Shown here: positions 1 to 11,988 of the stretch, in pieces
Numbering within the stretch: position 1 is the stretch's first letter
Layout of the letters: each line of letters begins with the position of its first letter
Source of the DNA: Macrostomum hystrix
Taxonomy: Eukaryota; Animalia; Platyhelminthes
Assembly (NCBI GenBank): GCA_950097015.1
Contig: CATNEN010000001.1
Span: 15,438,001 to 15,502,000, forward strand
Length of the DNA: 64,000 bases
Reading direction: 5' to 3'
Program-made: the position numbers and the translations under genes
Notes under the pieces: generated by a model
What the model saw: the letters and a program-made list of their open reading frames with translations, nothing else
The model's database searches: none
Told to the model about the DNA's origin: nothing

Positions 1-939
1 AACAGTTTTGCAACACATAAAAACCCTAAAAATTCTAAACTATTGTAAACTACTTAGACGCTAAGTTTTTTTGTTACAGATGTCCTGTGCAACTAAGTAG
101 TTATAATTTACTATTCATTAATTTTTTTATCATAAAGTTCCACTAAATAGACTTGAAAATCGAAGCCAGTAACATGAATTACCACTGTATGCAAAGGTCT
201 CAGAAAAAATACTAATAATACTATACTCGTAATAGAAAATCTTAGACATTCTGTATATTCGGATTACAAATTTTAAAGAGAAAAATCGGAAAAAAATACA
301 ATATATGCTATTGGTGGAAAAATACCATGTAATCAATATATTTAGAATTCGATAAAAAAACAATAAAATCTTGTTTATTAATTCTTGTGCAACTGGGCTA
401 AGTAGCATAGCTGGCAATGGTAATAATTACAAAGTTGAAAGTGAACATGCTACCTCAATTAATTAAACATTTACGTAAAAATAATCTTAAAAGTAAGAAC
501 AGTTCTGTTCACTATAATTTAAAAAGAGATTTTCCAAGACATTAAGCATTTCAAATGTATAGTTTAATACCCACAGGTACGTAAAACCACCTGCAACTTT
601 GCAGTGAAATGCATTGCCATTCAATACAAGTTACCCAACATTAGGTAGGCCTAGCCGGATCATTTAGCTAAGTCCAAAATTAGACACTGCAGCTTTAAAA
701 AAATGCAAAACAAAACAAATCAACCAATCAATATCAAAATCAATGTTGAGAGAAAAATACTGCTGTGTCAAAAACAAAAAGCGTTGAAAATTTAACTAAC
801 CTCATGGTACAATGAGACTTACAAAGCAAACAACAATATTTTTATAGAAATTTTACACAGTAAAAATATTTTACACTGTGGAGGTTAATCAATGCTACTC
901 ACATTTTTAAGGACTTTCACTGCACAGTTCACTGCTATG

Positions 940-1280
940 AGCCAGACAATTATGCTCACCAGTTGTACAAGACCCTAGTTGAAACTTCAGTTAGCGCGCG
1001 TGTCACTAGAGAAAAAGCCCAACGTAGACAGAAACGCTACTATGACCGGTCCGTGTTTCAATCCAGTTACGAAATAGGTGAATTGGTGTGGGTGCTGAAT
1101 CCCAACCACAAAGGAATTAGACCCGTCAGTTTGGCATGGACCGTACCGTGTAGTCCAGAAAATTTCGGAGAGAAACTACCGGTTAGTTCCCGAAATCAAC
1201 TGTGCCAGTTTGCAATATAAGCTACCGAATCCGAGTCACAATATTTATAATGTTGACAAACCGAAGCGCTGCATGCGCTA
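940..1280 (+). mobile_element. Degenerate Gypsy integrase C-terminal fragment
   Basis: ORF 963-1220 reads AQRRQKRYYD...YEIGELVWV. A shifted frame continues WHGPYRVVQKISERNYRL...IYNVDK, the GPY/F-type post-integrase module. Confidence 0.7.
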
Positions 1281-1304
1281 GCTGAATAATCCTAAGTCAT
1301 GTCA

Positions 1305-1738
1305 TGTTAACTGACCAACAACGTTAAGGGCCAGTGCCAACAACAGCGGTCTATTTATTAGGCACAGACTTGTCTATGGAAGTACTTATGCCTCGGTGGT
1401 GATTAAACACTGCTAGAGAGAGAGACAGCACACGAGGGATAGGAAGAACGATATCATAGAATGTAACGAGGTCTAAAACATAAAAGTGCAACCGCAAATC
1501 CAACACTGCCCCCCTCAAACAGACAGACAAATATTGTTGTAATACCTAGCAATTTCATTTAGCAATTACAGTACCCCATTACAATTACAGTACGATGTCG
1601 TAGTCATACGCCGATAACCGAAGTGCCCACCGAGTCAGTCTGGCAGACACAGTCTTAGGCAGATTTTTGCTCGGGTTCAGGATGTACCTTAGGGGTTCGT
1701 GGTCGGTTTGGATAGTGAACTTCTTCCTCAGCAACATC
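1305..1738 (-). mobile_element. LTR retrotransposon remnant: RNase H fragment, PPT and 3' LTR
   Basis: Minus strand 1738-1590 translates KKFTIQTDHEPLRYILNPSKNLPKTVSARLTRWALRLSAYDYDI (Ty3/Gypsy RNase H C-terminus). A PPT-like tttgaggggggcag lies directly before a TG...CA segment (1505-1305) that contains AATAAA. Confidence 0.65.
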
Positions 1739-3214
1739 TTCCTGGCTCTGATTTCAACATCTTCCTGATTAGGATTGTAGTATAGGCCTAGCTGGCGCAG
1801 TCGGTCGGAGAGCCCAGGAGGCAGACGGAAGAGCGGCGTGCCGAGCAGTCCTACGAGCGTAGTAGCGAGGAGGTACAGTCACCAACCCGTCGGCTGCGAG
1901 GCGCCCCGGTTGATCTCAGCCTTACGCCACGGGACGCTGGCAGTGACGATTCGACGGCAGTTGACTGCGGCCAGTTTAGTGCAACCAGTAGAGCATCGTG
2001 AAGAGACCTGATTGACAGCGGGTGAAGCCGGGTCCGTAGGCGCGTCATTAGGCGGGAAGTAGTGGCGAAGTGCTAAAATACAGTCTACTAATGCTAAATA
2101 CTAAATGCGTTTACGCAACGAAAATATTTAAACTTTCTAAATGCATTTCTGCGCAAAAAAGTGTTCTTTTTTATTTATTGCGACCGGGCGTTACATATAT
2201 TTGCCGGTATTGTGTGAACGATAGGCTATTCTTCATGCGTATGACGGACAGTCTCCTTGTTTCATCTTTCATGGTGCATTGTGCTTTTATTCCCATTGAC
2301 AAATATAGTTAAATTTGTTGTTCGGCCAGTGAATTGTGTCATTTAGACTTTTTCGTTGCCAGTTTTTGGACTTTGATTTCGAGACTATTTGAACTTTTGT
2401 CGCGCTTGTTTCGTCTGCTCGGTGTTGCTGAATAATTGCCTAATGTTTTTATTTCTCGTGCTAATAGTAATTGCTGTAGTTCGTGATCGCCAATATTCAG
2501 TCAATATGTTTCTATTCATGTGAAATCGTCAGTCCCAGGGCGTCGGCCAAAGATCCAATTAACTTTCTTTTTGAGAAGAGGCGAGTGTGACCATGTCATT
2601 TATTTCGTTATTGTATTTTGTCGTTATTTGTCTAGGAATTTTTAGTTTCTATGTGAATTACATTTTTGTATTCTTAGTGAATTTTGTCTGTGTAAGGTCT
2701 CCTGTTTATCTATATTAAATCTATTACAGTACATATTATTCATTATTTATGCAAGTATTGGAAGTCCGGCTGTCGCATACTATATTCCATGTATCTGCGC
2801 GCCATATTTAACATCTAATTCGCTGCGTATTTCACGCCACGGCCTAGCCAGTGGTGTTAGACGCATATTGGACGCTAGAGTGTAAATAGAGACTTCTACT
2901 AGACAAGGCAATCTAAATAAATTTCGCAGGTTAGGACCGAGATAATAATAATAACTAGACAGTCCACCGCCGCTACTCAAATCCAACCATATTCTTGTCT
3001 TACTCTTATTAAGTTAATTGAGCCATCCAGTCCTTGAGTGTTACAACGCAATGCTCGATAAAAAATTGCGACCGCTTCGAAAATACATTCTAACCAATTC
3101 CGACAAATATTGATATCCCTCGATAGTTTACGTTTTTATCAAGAATTCAATGCTTTCTCCATAAAAATACGATTTTCTCATAATTTTGATTCCCTAAATC
3201 ATTCATGCACCCCT

Positions 3215-3549
3215 TGTGACGATGTGACTATTTATTTTTTGTTTAATTTAACTTTCTTAGAAACCTGGCGCAAAATTTAAATATAACTTGAAAGACGGTT
3301 TGTGGCCGAAGTGCGAGCGTCGTCAGGGAGAAATATAGCTAAAGTCTAAGGAGTACAGACATTTTAAATAATTAGGTCATTTTAATTAGCTGGAGACTAA
3401 CCACATTGGAGTCGAGAACAAGTAACCGGGACCCTGGTGCTGCCGCTGACAAGGCGTGGTTGACTTTAGGAAATCGTTTTTGGTCTTGTATAATTTTTTC
3501 TTCTGACTTCTGGGAAAACTCGTCTGCACACGAACTCTAGTTCGTCACA
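3215..3549. mobile_element. Solo LTR (335 bp, 4-bp TSD)
   Basis: Termini tgtgacga...tcgtcaca, with ccct duplicated at 3211-3214 and 3550-3553. The paralogous empty site is at ~44581-44600 (ttcatgcactcctatcgatg). Confidence 0.85.
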
Positions 3550-3553
3550 CCCT

Positions 3554-4320
3554 ATCAATGATTTTGATTTCCCATTGATGCACCCCCATCGATAATTCAT
3601 GCTTTTCCATCGATAATTCATACTTCCCCTCGATACTTATTGCTTTCTAATACTAATGGACGTCGAATAATGCATGCTACCACTTCGGTAAATTATCTTT
3701 TTCTTTAATAATTCGTGCTACATCGCCAATATTCAATGCTTTCCCTCGATAACTAATGCTCCATTTTCATGACATGTATTTTCCTTGATACTTCAGGCTT
3801 CCCCCTCGATAATTCCTGCAAGCCAGTTGATCAATTATACGAACCCCTTGATAATTTTCTTTCTCGCGGGTGTTCATGCTTTTTCGTCGATATTTCACTA
3901 TTTATAATTCATGCTCCTTCCTCCATAATTAATTCTACCCCTCGATAATTCATGCTTTTCCCAACTGAATTCATGCTTCCCTCGATAAATCCTACTCTTC
4001 ATCGAAAATTCATGCTTCTTCCTTGAAAAAATAGTCTTCCACCAAGATATTTCATGCTTTCCCTTTCAATAATTCATGCTAATTCACTCAATAAATCATT
4101 CTATCCCCTAAAAAATGCTCTATACTCTCAAAGTTTTATGTTTTCCCCTGGAAATCTCATTCTTTCTCCTGGAAATATCATGCTATATCTTAAAGAAATC
4201 GTGATATCCCCTAGATATCTCAAGCTTTTCTCCACATATTCCATACCATTTTCCTGGTGTCTCATGCATTCTATCCATTGATATCTAGCACTATATTTCT
4301 AGTTTTATGTTTTCATTCGA
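3554..4320. repeat. Degenerate ~20-21 bp satellite (consensus like cctcgataattcatgctac)
   Basis: Repeated gataattcatgc cores. The same family fills ~29530-30910, ~44210-45720 and ~47770-48260. Confidence 0.8.
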
Positions 4321-4349
4321 GTTAATATGCCTTCGAAATATGAAAAAAA

Positions 4350-5660
4350 AAATAACGATTGCTGCCCTGCTAAAAACGCTTAATTAAAAAGGAACTAAAT
4401 AGGAATTTTGCAATTCGTTACGAAAATTTTTTCTCCTAGTTTTGAATCTAATAATGATTGCAGGAATGCTCCATAATGCGAACAATTTTAATGAATAACG
4501 CTTTTAGCTGTGCTCAACACATTTTTCTAGTTCTGAATCTGATAAAACTTGCAGCAATGCTCAAAATGCTCAATCTTTCCTTAGTCTTAGTATCAAATAA
4601 AACTTGCTCCTACACTCATAAAACGTATAACATTTTCCTACAGCGAGAAAAGCCATAAGAAAGCTAACTAATATTTTCTTTTTTCGGAAGCTTATCTAAA
4701 GCGCTTACTATTAATACTCGAACTAAAATTCCCAATAAAAATAATGATAAACACAACTTAAATTTTCAACTGCTGATGACACAAGATGAGGAGAAAGAAA
4801 GCAGCAACAAAACTGAAGCTGAAATTGGACCTGCATCCTGCAAACTAATAAAAACACTCTAGCTAGATGAAAGTAAAGCGGCACAATGATCGAAGTCGAG
4901 ACAAGGTTTCACAATATCTAGGCTGCAGTTTTCATGGATAGAAATGAGGAGAGGTCTCGCTAGCATTGAGCATCATAAAAGCTCAATCATTGATATCAGC
5001 TATGTACGCTTTGCTTATTCAAATCGAATCGCTCAATCAGTAAAGAGACCAATATCACCATCGCAATATATAAACGTACGTACGGTTGCTAAAAGCAGTG
5101 ACGCAATTCTAGTCGCTTGGTGGTATCGGGCTTGCTAACACACTCGCCGCCCAGAAAAGGAGTGACGCAATCACATTCAACTGAGAGTATCGGCCCTCTG
5201 TGCTACCGATGCACACACGGGCGAGAAAACACACCCATGTAATCTAATAAAACTGACGGGCACTATTGCATAGATGACCTTAAAAGCATAGAGCATTAAA
5301 AATCCCTTTGAAGTTTATGTTTTTCCAATATCATATGCCTTTAGAATGAAGGAAATAACTAAACTTGTACCATAATACATAATACATAATAAATACATAT
5401 TCTTGTTTAGAAAGCGCATCTTTTAGAGAAAGAATCGCAAAAATCAGATAAAGCCTTCGCTAGAACAACGATAAGACCTAATTGCTTGAATCAATTTTAT
5501 TATAACTGACGACTAGCAATTTTATGCCACCTTTAAATCAGCTGAACTCAATGCATTCAATTTTAGGACAACGACTTTCCAGGCAAGTCCGATTTACAAG
5601 CACATTACTCTCTCCGCCGAGTCAAAGGTGCAAGTGAAAATAAATTAATCTTGAACAGCG
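4350..5660. repeat. Dispersed AT-rich ~1.3 kb repeat (unclassified)
   Basis: Shared blocks (ttttagctgtgctcaaca, ggctgcagttttca, gtgacgcaatc, aatctaataaaactgac) recur at ~23060-24120, 28340-28770, 43790-44190, 45725-47020 and 50070-51400. Confidence 0.7.
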
Positions 5661-6232
5661 TGCGTTTCCTCCGCCATGCAGCCGCACCCAAAACCCCTCA
5701 ACCTCAGTCTAGTTGAGGTGGGGGTTGGTGCACCCAGCCAGCCGGCTCGCTAAGCCGGGGTGTGAGAAGTCACGCCACCATTTAGCACCTCCCTAGGCCC
5801 CTCTATCTCGCTCTCGCCTTTGCTGTGAATATAAATATACGTGCAATGCAGCACACTAACTTCGCTGCCACGCCAACTCGAAAACAAAAGGCCTTCCGCC
5901 TTACTGTCATTTATCGAATCAAACTGACGCTCCTTAGTAATACAGCACAGCACATTCTTCTCTTCGCCCAGTCAGAGGTGCGAATTTCAATAAAAAAAAT
6001 TTAGAGCACAACTCCTCGCCGCCCAGTCAGCGCTCATTTTTACATTACGCTTGTAAAAGCGACTGCAAATTCAGCCACTGCTAATCAGAATTTCTATATT
6101 TCAAATAACTTCGTCGCAAACATTCATCTGACTCACTGACTATCTTGCTAAAAATAAACCTACACTTAGCAAAAACGTATATATATATCGAACAAAGTCC
6201 TAAAATTCGTGGTCGAAAAGCATTGCGAAAAA

Positions 6233-9166
6233 ATGGGCGGCTATGCAGTTTACAAAGGATCCGAAAACAGCGTCAACATCGGGGCAAGTGGCGGCTTGGG
6301 CAAGAGAGGCCTCCTGCTGACGGTGACGATTCTCGTCCTGTTCGCGCTTGTCTTCGCGGAATCCGTGGTGGCAGTGACGACGGTTCCGACAACGGTTCCG
6401 AGCACTCCAGAACCATCGACGGAGCCGCCGCTCGTGAAAGACATCCGACTGCCGGCTGGCGTCAAGCCCGTGCACTACAGCGTCACCCTGGCGCCCTACA
6501 TCTACGGGACGAACCCATCGGTCTTCTACTTCACCGGCTCCGTCAGGGTGAGGCTCAGTCTCAACGAGAGCACCAACAACCTCAAGCTGCACGCAGAAAG
6601 GATCAACCTGACGGTCCAGGATATATTTATCTACGATAAGAACTCCTATGAAAGATTCACCGTGTCGAGCGTAGTGTACGACGACAAGCGTCAGTGGTAC
6701 AGCATCAACATGAGAGAGCCGCTGCCTGCGAACAGCTCAAGCGTCGTCCTGCAGATCGAAAAGTTCCGAGGTCCACTTCGGTCTGATGTTCGAGGTCTCT
6801 ATCTGAGCTCCTACACTGAGAACGGAGTTACAAAGTACCTCGCCACTTCTCAACTGCAGCCGACGGACGCCAGGAAGACGTTCCCGTGTTTTGATGAGCC
6901 AGGATTCAAGGCAAAGTTTGACATCAGCCTCGTCAGACTTGCGTCTTTCAAGTCCATCAGCAACATGCCTTCAAAGCAGGAAAGCAACGTGACTGCCAAG
7001 CAGTGGTTTAGTGAGATGGCCGACTCAGATCTTGTAGTGAAGGAGGACTTTGAGACTACTCCCATCATGTCTACTTACCTTCTGGCGTTCATTGTGTCTC
7101 AATTCGACTATGTAGACAGCAAGGACGACAAGGGTCGCGAATATCGCAACTGGGTTCGACCCGAGTTCAAAAGTCTCACGAACTACTCGCTTAAGGCCGT
7201 CAAGAACATCACCCAGCACTTTGAGTCCTACTTCAACGTGTCATACCCGCTGAATAAAACGGATCAGGCTGCAGTTCCCGACTTCAACGGAGCTGGGATG
7301 GAGAACTGGGGAGTGATAATTTATCGAGAGAATTATTTAGTATATGATGAAACAAAAGACTCCAGAGCCAGTTTACAAGAGATCGCCATCACTGTGAGCC
7401 ACGAGCTCGCCCACATGTGGTTCGGAAATCTGGTCACTCCGGACTGGTGGGACGACATCTGGCTCAATGAGGGATTCGCCAGTTTTGTAGAAAACATCGG
7501 AGTGCACAATCTGCATCCCGACTGGGAGATCGATGCTCAATTCGTGTCAAAACTGCAGAGTGCGGTTTTCGATGTCGATTCAAAAGGCGCGAGCCGCCCA
7601 ATTTATGTTAAGGTTTTTAATCCGAGTGAAATCAACGAGATCTTCGACACCATCACCTACAAAAAGGGCGCCACCGTTCTCCGTATGCTTCACGGCTTCG
7701 TGGGTGACGAAGTGTTCCGAAAAGGAGTCGGAAAATACCTGTTGGACAACAGTTACGGCAACACATTCCACACTGCTCTCTATGACAGTCTGGCTCGACA
7801 GTACAACGAAACGTGGGGCACGCCGCTCGACGTGGGTCGAGTGATGGACCGCTGGATCAAGCAGATGGGATATCCCGTGCTCAACTGCTCCAGGAGTGCA
7901 GGCCAGCTCACACTGACCCAGAAACACTTCCTCAGCGACCCCAGCCAGAAGCCCAGCTACGAGAGTGACTACAACTACACGTGGATCATCCCAGTCACCT
8001 TGGCCACCAAGGAGAATCTCACCTCGGGTACTGCAGAGGATGTGTCACGATTCGTGGAATGGATGGCCGACAAGAGCCAGACGTTCGACTTGGACGCTGG
8101 CTCGAGTTGGTACCTGCTGAATCTGCGCTCGCTCGGCCTCTACAGAGTGAACTACGAGCCAGCGAACTGGGATGCTCTCATCAAACAGCTGCTGTCGGAC
8201 CACAGCGTGTTCACTCCGCAGGACAGAGCCCGCCTGCTCGATGACAGCTTCTCTCTGGCCAGCGCAGGCTACCTGGACTACAGCGTTCCGCTCAACATGA
8301 CCAAGTACTTGAAGAACGAGACCCACTTAGTTCCGTGGGAGTCGGCTCTTTCGAAGATGAGCTACCTGCACTCGATGCTCCACCGACAGTCTCCGGAGTA
8401 CGGTCCTCTGAGTGCCTACATGCGCGACCTGCTCGAAGGTGCCTTCAACGAGGTCGGAATCGACAACAAGGAGAACGATACGCACCTGACCCGACTGAAG
8501 CGAGAGCTCATCGTCTCATCGGCCTGTCTGTACGGTGTGCGACGTTGCAAGCAGGCTGCAACGGAAAAGTTCAGGGAGTTCGTGAACTCAAATTTTACCA
8601 AGACCATCAGTCCGGACATCAGACGCCGGGTTCTCTGTGAAGGAGTGTTCGCATCTTCTATGGGCGTGTGGGACCGACTTTTTGAGTACGGCAAGACTGA
8701 ATCACATCCTGTAATTCTTAACGACATCATCCGCAGCCTGGCCTGCACAAGCGAGCCGCGAATTCTCAACCGCTACCTGGACTATGCTCTCGACGAGTTA
8801 AGAGCCCGGACGGAGGACTTATTCACGGTGTTGTTTAGCGTTTCCGCGTACCCTCCAAACGGTCTCCAGTTAATGTGGGACTATATGCAGAGGAACTGGA
8901 AGAGAATTCATAAAAATAAATTAGGCTACTTGACTGTTTATTTGTTTGTAAAAAACCTGCACGACTTCAACAGCGAGCAGAAGCTTGTGGAGATGGAGAG
9001 GTTCAAGGCGCAGCACAACGACACCCTGGGCGCTGTGACGTGGGCCATGGACCTCGCCCTGGGGAACGTGCGCATCAACGTCAAGTGGATGGAGCGCAAC
9101 CTTCCGGCAGTTCGCAGCTGGCTGGCCGATAATGTGAAGCGGTTTGAAGAGCGGCGCGCGGTGTGA
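6233..9166 (+). CDS. Aminopeptidase N-like M1 zinc metallopeptidase, copy 1 (intronless)
   Basis: First ATG is at 6233 (the track starts at GTG 6209). N-terminal hydrophobic segment and S/T/P stalk, then QPTDARKTFPCFDEP, variant exopeptidase motif AGMEN (7292-7306), HELAH-X18-E (from 7400), catalytic Tyr in ITYKKG and an ERAP1-like C-terminal domain. Confidence 0.95.
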   Translation: MGGYAVYKGSENSVNIGASGGLGKRGLLLTVTILVLFALVFAESVVAVTTVPTTVPSTPEPSTEPPLVKDIRLPAGVKPVHYSVTLAPYIYGTNPSVFYFTGSVRVRLSLNESTNNLKLHAERINLTVQDIFIYDKNSYERFTVSSVVYDDKRQWYSINMREPLPANSSSVVLQIEKFRGPLRSDVRGLYLSSYTENGVTKYLATSQLQPTDARKTFPCFDEPGFKAKFDISLVRLASFKSISNMPSKQESNVTAKQWFSEMADSDLVVKEDFETTPIMSTYLLAFIVSQFDYVDSKDDKGREYRNWVRPEFKSLTNYSLKAVKNITQHFESYFNVSYPLNKTDQAAVPDFNGAGMENWGVIIYRENYLVYDETKDSRASLQEIAITVSHELAHMWFGNLVTPDWWDDIWLNEGFASFVENIGVHNLHPDWEIDAQFVSKLQSAVFDVDSKGASRPIYVKVFNPSEINEIFDTITYKKGATVLRMLHGFVGDEVFRKGVGKYLLDNSYGNTFHTALYDSLARQYNETWGTPLDVGRVMDRWIKQMGYPVLNCSRSAGQLTLTQKHFLSDPSQKPSYESDYNYTWIIPVTLATKENLTSGTAEDVSRFVEWMADKSQTFDLDAGSSWYLLNLRSLGLYRVNYEPANWDALIKQLLSDHSVFTPQDRARLLDDSFSLASAGYLDYSVPLNMTKYLKNETHLVPWESALSKMSYLHSMLHRQSPEYGPLSAYMRDLLEGAFNEVGIDNKENDTHLTRLKRELIVSSACLYGVRRCKQAATEKFREFVNSNFTKTISPDIRRRVLCEGVFASSMGVWDRLFEYGKTESHPVILNDIIRSLACTSEPRILNRYLDYALDELRARTEDLFTVLFSVSAYPPNGLQLMWDYMQRNWKRIHKNKLGYLTVYLFVKNLHDFNSEQKLVEMERFKAQHNDTLGAVTWAMDLALGNVRINVKWMERNLPAVRSWLADNVKRFEERRAV

Positions 9167-9820
9167 AATTGGTGTGCGAGAACTGCGAGAAATGCCCCGC
9201 TGACTGGTAATTATAAGTAGCAATTATCGTGAAAACTGTTAAGGATCTGGGACAGAAGAAAATCAGCTTTATTGTAGATTCGTTTTTTACTTATAATCCT
9301 GATTGATTTAGCTTAGTTGAACCGTAGTCTGTACTGGGCTTCAGGTGTTCCATATATAATGTGTGCAATTAACTTATCGTTGTGACTGCAAGGTCAATGT
9401 GGTTTTGTTGCCTCAAGGTAGTTTTGTTGCCTCAAATTTCATTTTGTTCAAGGTTTCTTCTTTAATTTTATTGGAATGTTTGATGGCTCATTAATATATT
9501 AAACTTTTTTCTTTGGCTTGATGGCTCATTTATATATTAAACCTCACAAATAATAGCCGACATGGTTTCTTGATGAAATTTTACCCATACCTATATTGGT
9601 GGTTTTCACCACCCAGCAGAAACCTCTACAAGAATCGTTCAACATCTCGACGATGCGGATGCTTTGCGATTCTGTCTAGCTTTTTCTATATTTTTCAGTC
9701 GAATGGAAAAATGAAAATTCCGGATATTTGAAATATATCACTCAGTGAGTGTCGCTGGGCACAATTGCTGATGTTGGAACTGATAATCTATCTGATGTTC
9801 GTTTAAAACTAATTCTGTAC

Positions 9821-10355
9821 CTGTTAGACAGGAATCTGCAAATCTGTGAGACAGGAATCTGCTAATCTGTTAGACAGTAATCTGCTAATCTGTCAGACAG
9901 GAATCTGCAAATCTGTTAGACAGGAATCTTCTAATCTGTTAGACAGGAATCTGCTAATCTATCAGACAGGAATCTGCTAATCTGTGAGACAGGAATCTGC
10001 TAATCTATCAGACAGAAATCTGCTAATCTGTGAGACAGTAATCTGCTAATCTGTTAGACAGGAATCTGCTAATCTCACAGACAGGAATCTGCTAATCTGT
10101 CAGACAGGAATCTGCTAATCTGTAAGACAGGAAACTGCTAATCTGTGAGATAAGAATCTGCTAATCTGTTAGACCGGAATATGCTAATCTGTTAGACAGG
10201 AATCTGCTAATCTGTCAGACAGGAATCTGCTAATCTGTTAGACAGGAATCTGCTAATCTGTCAGACAGGAATCTGCTAATCTGTTAGACAGGAATCTGCT
10301 ATCCTGTTAGACAGGAATCTGCTATCCTGTTAGACAGGAACCTGTCAGACAGAAA
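9821..10355. repeat. 23-bp minisatellite (ctgttagacaggaatctgctaat), ~23 copies
   Basis: Direct tandem repeat with period 23. Confidence 0.95.
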
Positions 10356-10371
10356 CCGAACTCACTCTCAG

Positions 10372-10515
10372 GACATGGTCAGCGAGGTGGACAGTGACGG
10401 CAACGGTTCCATCCGGTTCTCTGAATTTAGCAATGATGCAGCGAAGAAAAATGGAAGACGAATTTGCTGAGAAAATCGAGGAGACTTTTAAAGTTTTCAA
10501 CCGAGATCAGAAGAG
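10372..10515 (+). pseudogene. Calmodulin-like EF-hand exon, frameshifted (unit 1)
   Basis: ctcag|DMVSEVDSDGNGSIRFSEF, then a shifted frame AMMQRRKMEDEFAEKIEETFKVFNRDQK|gtgag. The downstream exon seen in unit 2 is deleted here. Confidence 0.8.
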
Positions 10516-10859
10516 GTGAGAAAAAACTGAATTGATTGTTCAATTGCCTGATTAATAAATCAACAGTCTGATTAATTAATCAACGGCCTGCTCAATCAAT
10601 GAACGGCCTGATTAATCAAATAAAATGCCTGATCAATAAATCAACGGCGTAATCAATCAATTAATGGGCTAATCGATTAATCAACGCTCTAATCGATGAA
10701 TTAACGCTTTAGTTTATCAATCAACGCTCTAATAGATCAATCAACTCTTTAATGTGTTGTAATGTAATAGTTTTCTCTGTACTGTACTAGGACATTTGTC
10801 AGTGCTTTGTTGTTGCCGTGAGATTTTTTATCTTGTGATTCGAGGATTTTGTTGTCGTC

Positions 10860-11966
10860 ATGGGAGACGAAGGAGTGAATCGCCTCGTGGAGCTGATGAC
10901 TGCTTCGGTGCGTCGGACCTTGCAGCAGGAGATAAATGCAGCGCAGAATGTCCAGAGGCCAGCGAAGCCGCCGAAGTATTCTAGTGGAGACAACTTTCGC
11001 CTGTGGTTGCAGAAGTTCAACGCTTATTGTGATGCTGCGCAGATTGCGGAGGCCGCTCGAAGGCCGCACCTGCTTAGCTTCTTGGATTTGAATACAGCAT
11101 TTGCAGCGGTGGAGAATCTACAGCTGGGTGAGGATCTGGAATATCAGGAGTTTACGGACGCTCTGTTGGAAAGGTTTCAGCAGCATCGCACGACTGAAGA
11201 TTACCGGATGGAGCTGGAGTCACGAGTGCAGAAGGAGGGCGAGACCTACGAGGCATACGCCGATGCACTGCTGGAGCTGGCGAGGAATGCCTACTCTGAA
11301 GACGAGCTGCCCGCTGAGATTGTCAACAGTTTTGCAAGGGACAGATTCAAGAAGGGCATCAAGGCTGCTGAGAGCGTCAAGGAGTACGTGATCCTTCAAC
11401 AGCCTGCTACTCTCGCTGAGGCTGTGCACTGCGTTCGACGAAAGGAGGCAGCTACTCTACCCGCCAAGCCGTCAGGCTCGGACCAGATCTCCAGGAAGAC
11501 GACATCAGGTGTGGCTGCCGTGGACACCAGAGCCGCCAGTTCAGAAGGTTTTGGAGCGCTTCAGCAGCGGATCCGTGAGCTGGAAGACCAACTGAAGCGG
11601 CTGAGTCAGACGCCGCCTCCTCGACAGTCTGCTGCACCGTCGCCTGCTGGGTCTGCGCGTCCGCGCTGCCCGGGGCCCGGGTTGCTAGGCGACAGGGGGG
11701 CCTGCGCGTATGCCGCGACCCCTAGTCGTCTAGCAGAGCAGCAGCAGAGGCAGCATGGTGCTTGCTTTCAGTGCGGAGACGTCGGCCACCTAGCGCGTGA
11801 GTGTCCTAGTCGCTTCGGAAGGATGCGGCAACCGCCACTGAGCACAGCAGCGATGACTGTTGGTCCAAGGCGTTGCTACGCGTGCAACCAGCCAGGTCAT
11901 CTGGCCAAGAATTGTCGGTTGGGAAACTTCAGCAGGGGTCCTGGAAAGGGGAGCCAGGGCCTCTGA
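10860..11966 (+). CDS. gag: Gypsy Gag
   Basis: Capsid-like helical region (RVQKEGETYEAYADALLELA) and two CCHC knuckles (CFQCGDVGHLAREC, CYACNQPGHLAKNC). Confidence 0.92.
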   Translation: MGDEGVNRLVELMTASVRRTLQQEINAAQNVQRPAKPPKYSSGDNFRLWLQKFNAYCDAAQIAEAARRPHLLSFLDLNTAFAAVENLQLGEDLEYQEFTDALLERFQQHRTTEDYRMELESRVQKEGETYEAYADALLELARNAYSEDELPAEIVNSFARDRFKKGIKAAESVKEYVILQQPATLAEAVHCVRRKEAATLPAKPSGSDQISRKTTSGVAAVDTRAASSEGFGALQQRIRELEDQLKRLSQTPPPRQSAAPSPAGSARPRCPGPGLLGDRGACAYAATPSRLAEQQQRQHGACFQCGDVGHLARECPSRFGRMRQPPLSTAAMTVGPRRCYACNQPGHLAKNCRLGNFSRGPGKGSQGL

Positions 11967-11988
11967 TTCAGTCGGCCGAACCTCCCCT
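11921..11988 (+). promoter_or_regulatory. -1 ribosomal frameshift signal (G GGA AAC + H-type pseudoknot)
   Basis: The heptamer at 11921-11927 is in the gag frame, followed by a 6-nt spacer. Stem 1 is 11934-11944/11954-11964, and loop aggggag pairs with ctcccct (11982-11988). The -1 frame is the protease frame. Confidence 0.85.

Noticed and set aside
6129-6135. AP-1-like TGACTCA upstream of all three peptidase genes
   Set aside because: The whole upstream region is shared by recent duplication, so conservation of a 7-mer is not evidence of function.
7283-7400. Diversity-generating retroelement explanation for variable peptidase patches near RT genes
   Set aside because: There is no template/variable repeat pair and the changes are not adenine-restricted. 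The RTs are ordinary Gypsy/LINE enzymes in independent insertions.
6145-9223. Many overlapping and antisense ORFs over the peptidase and retroelement genes
   Set aside because: These are shadow frames of GC-rich coding sequence, with no recognisable motifs.
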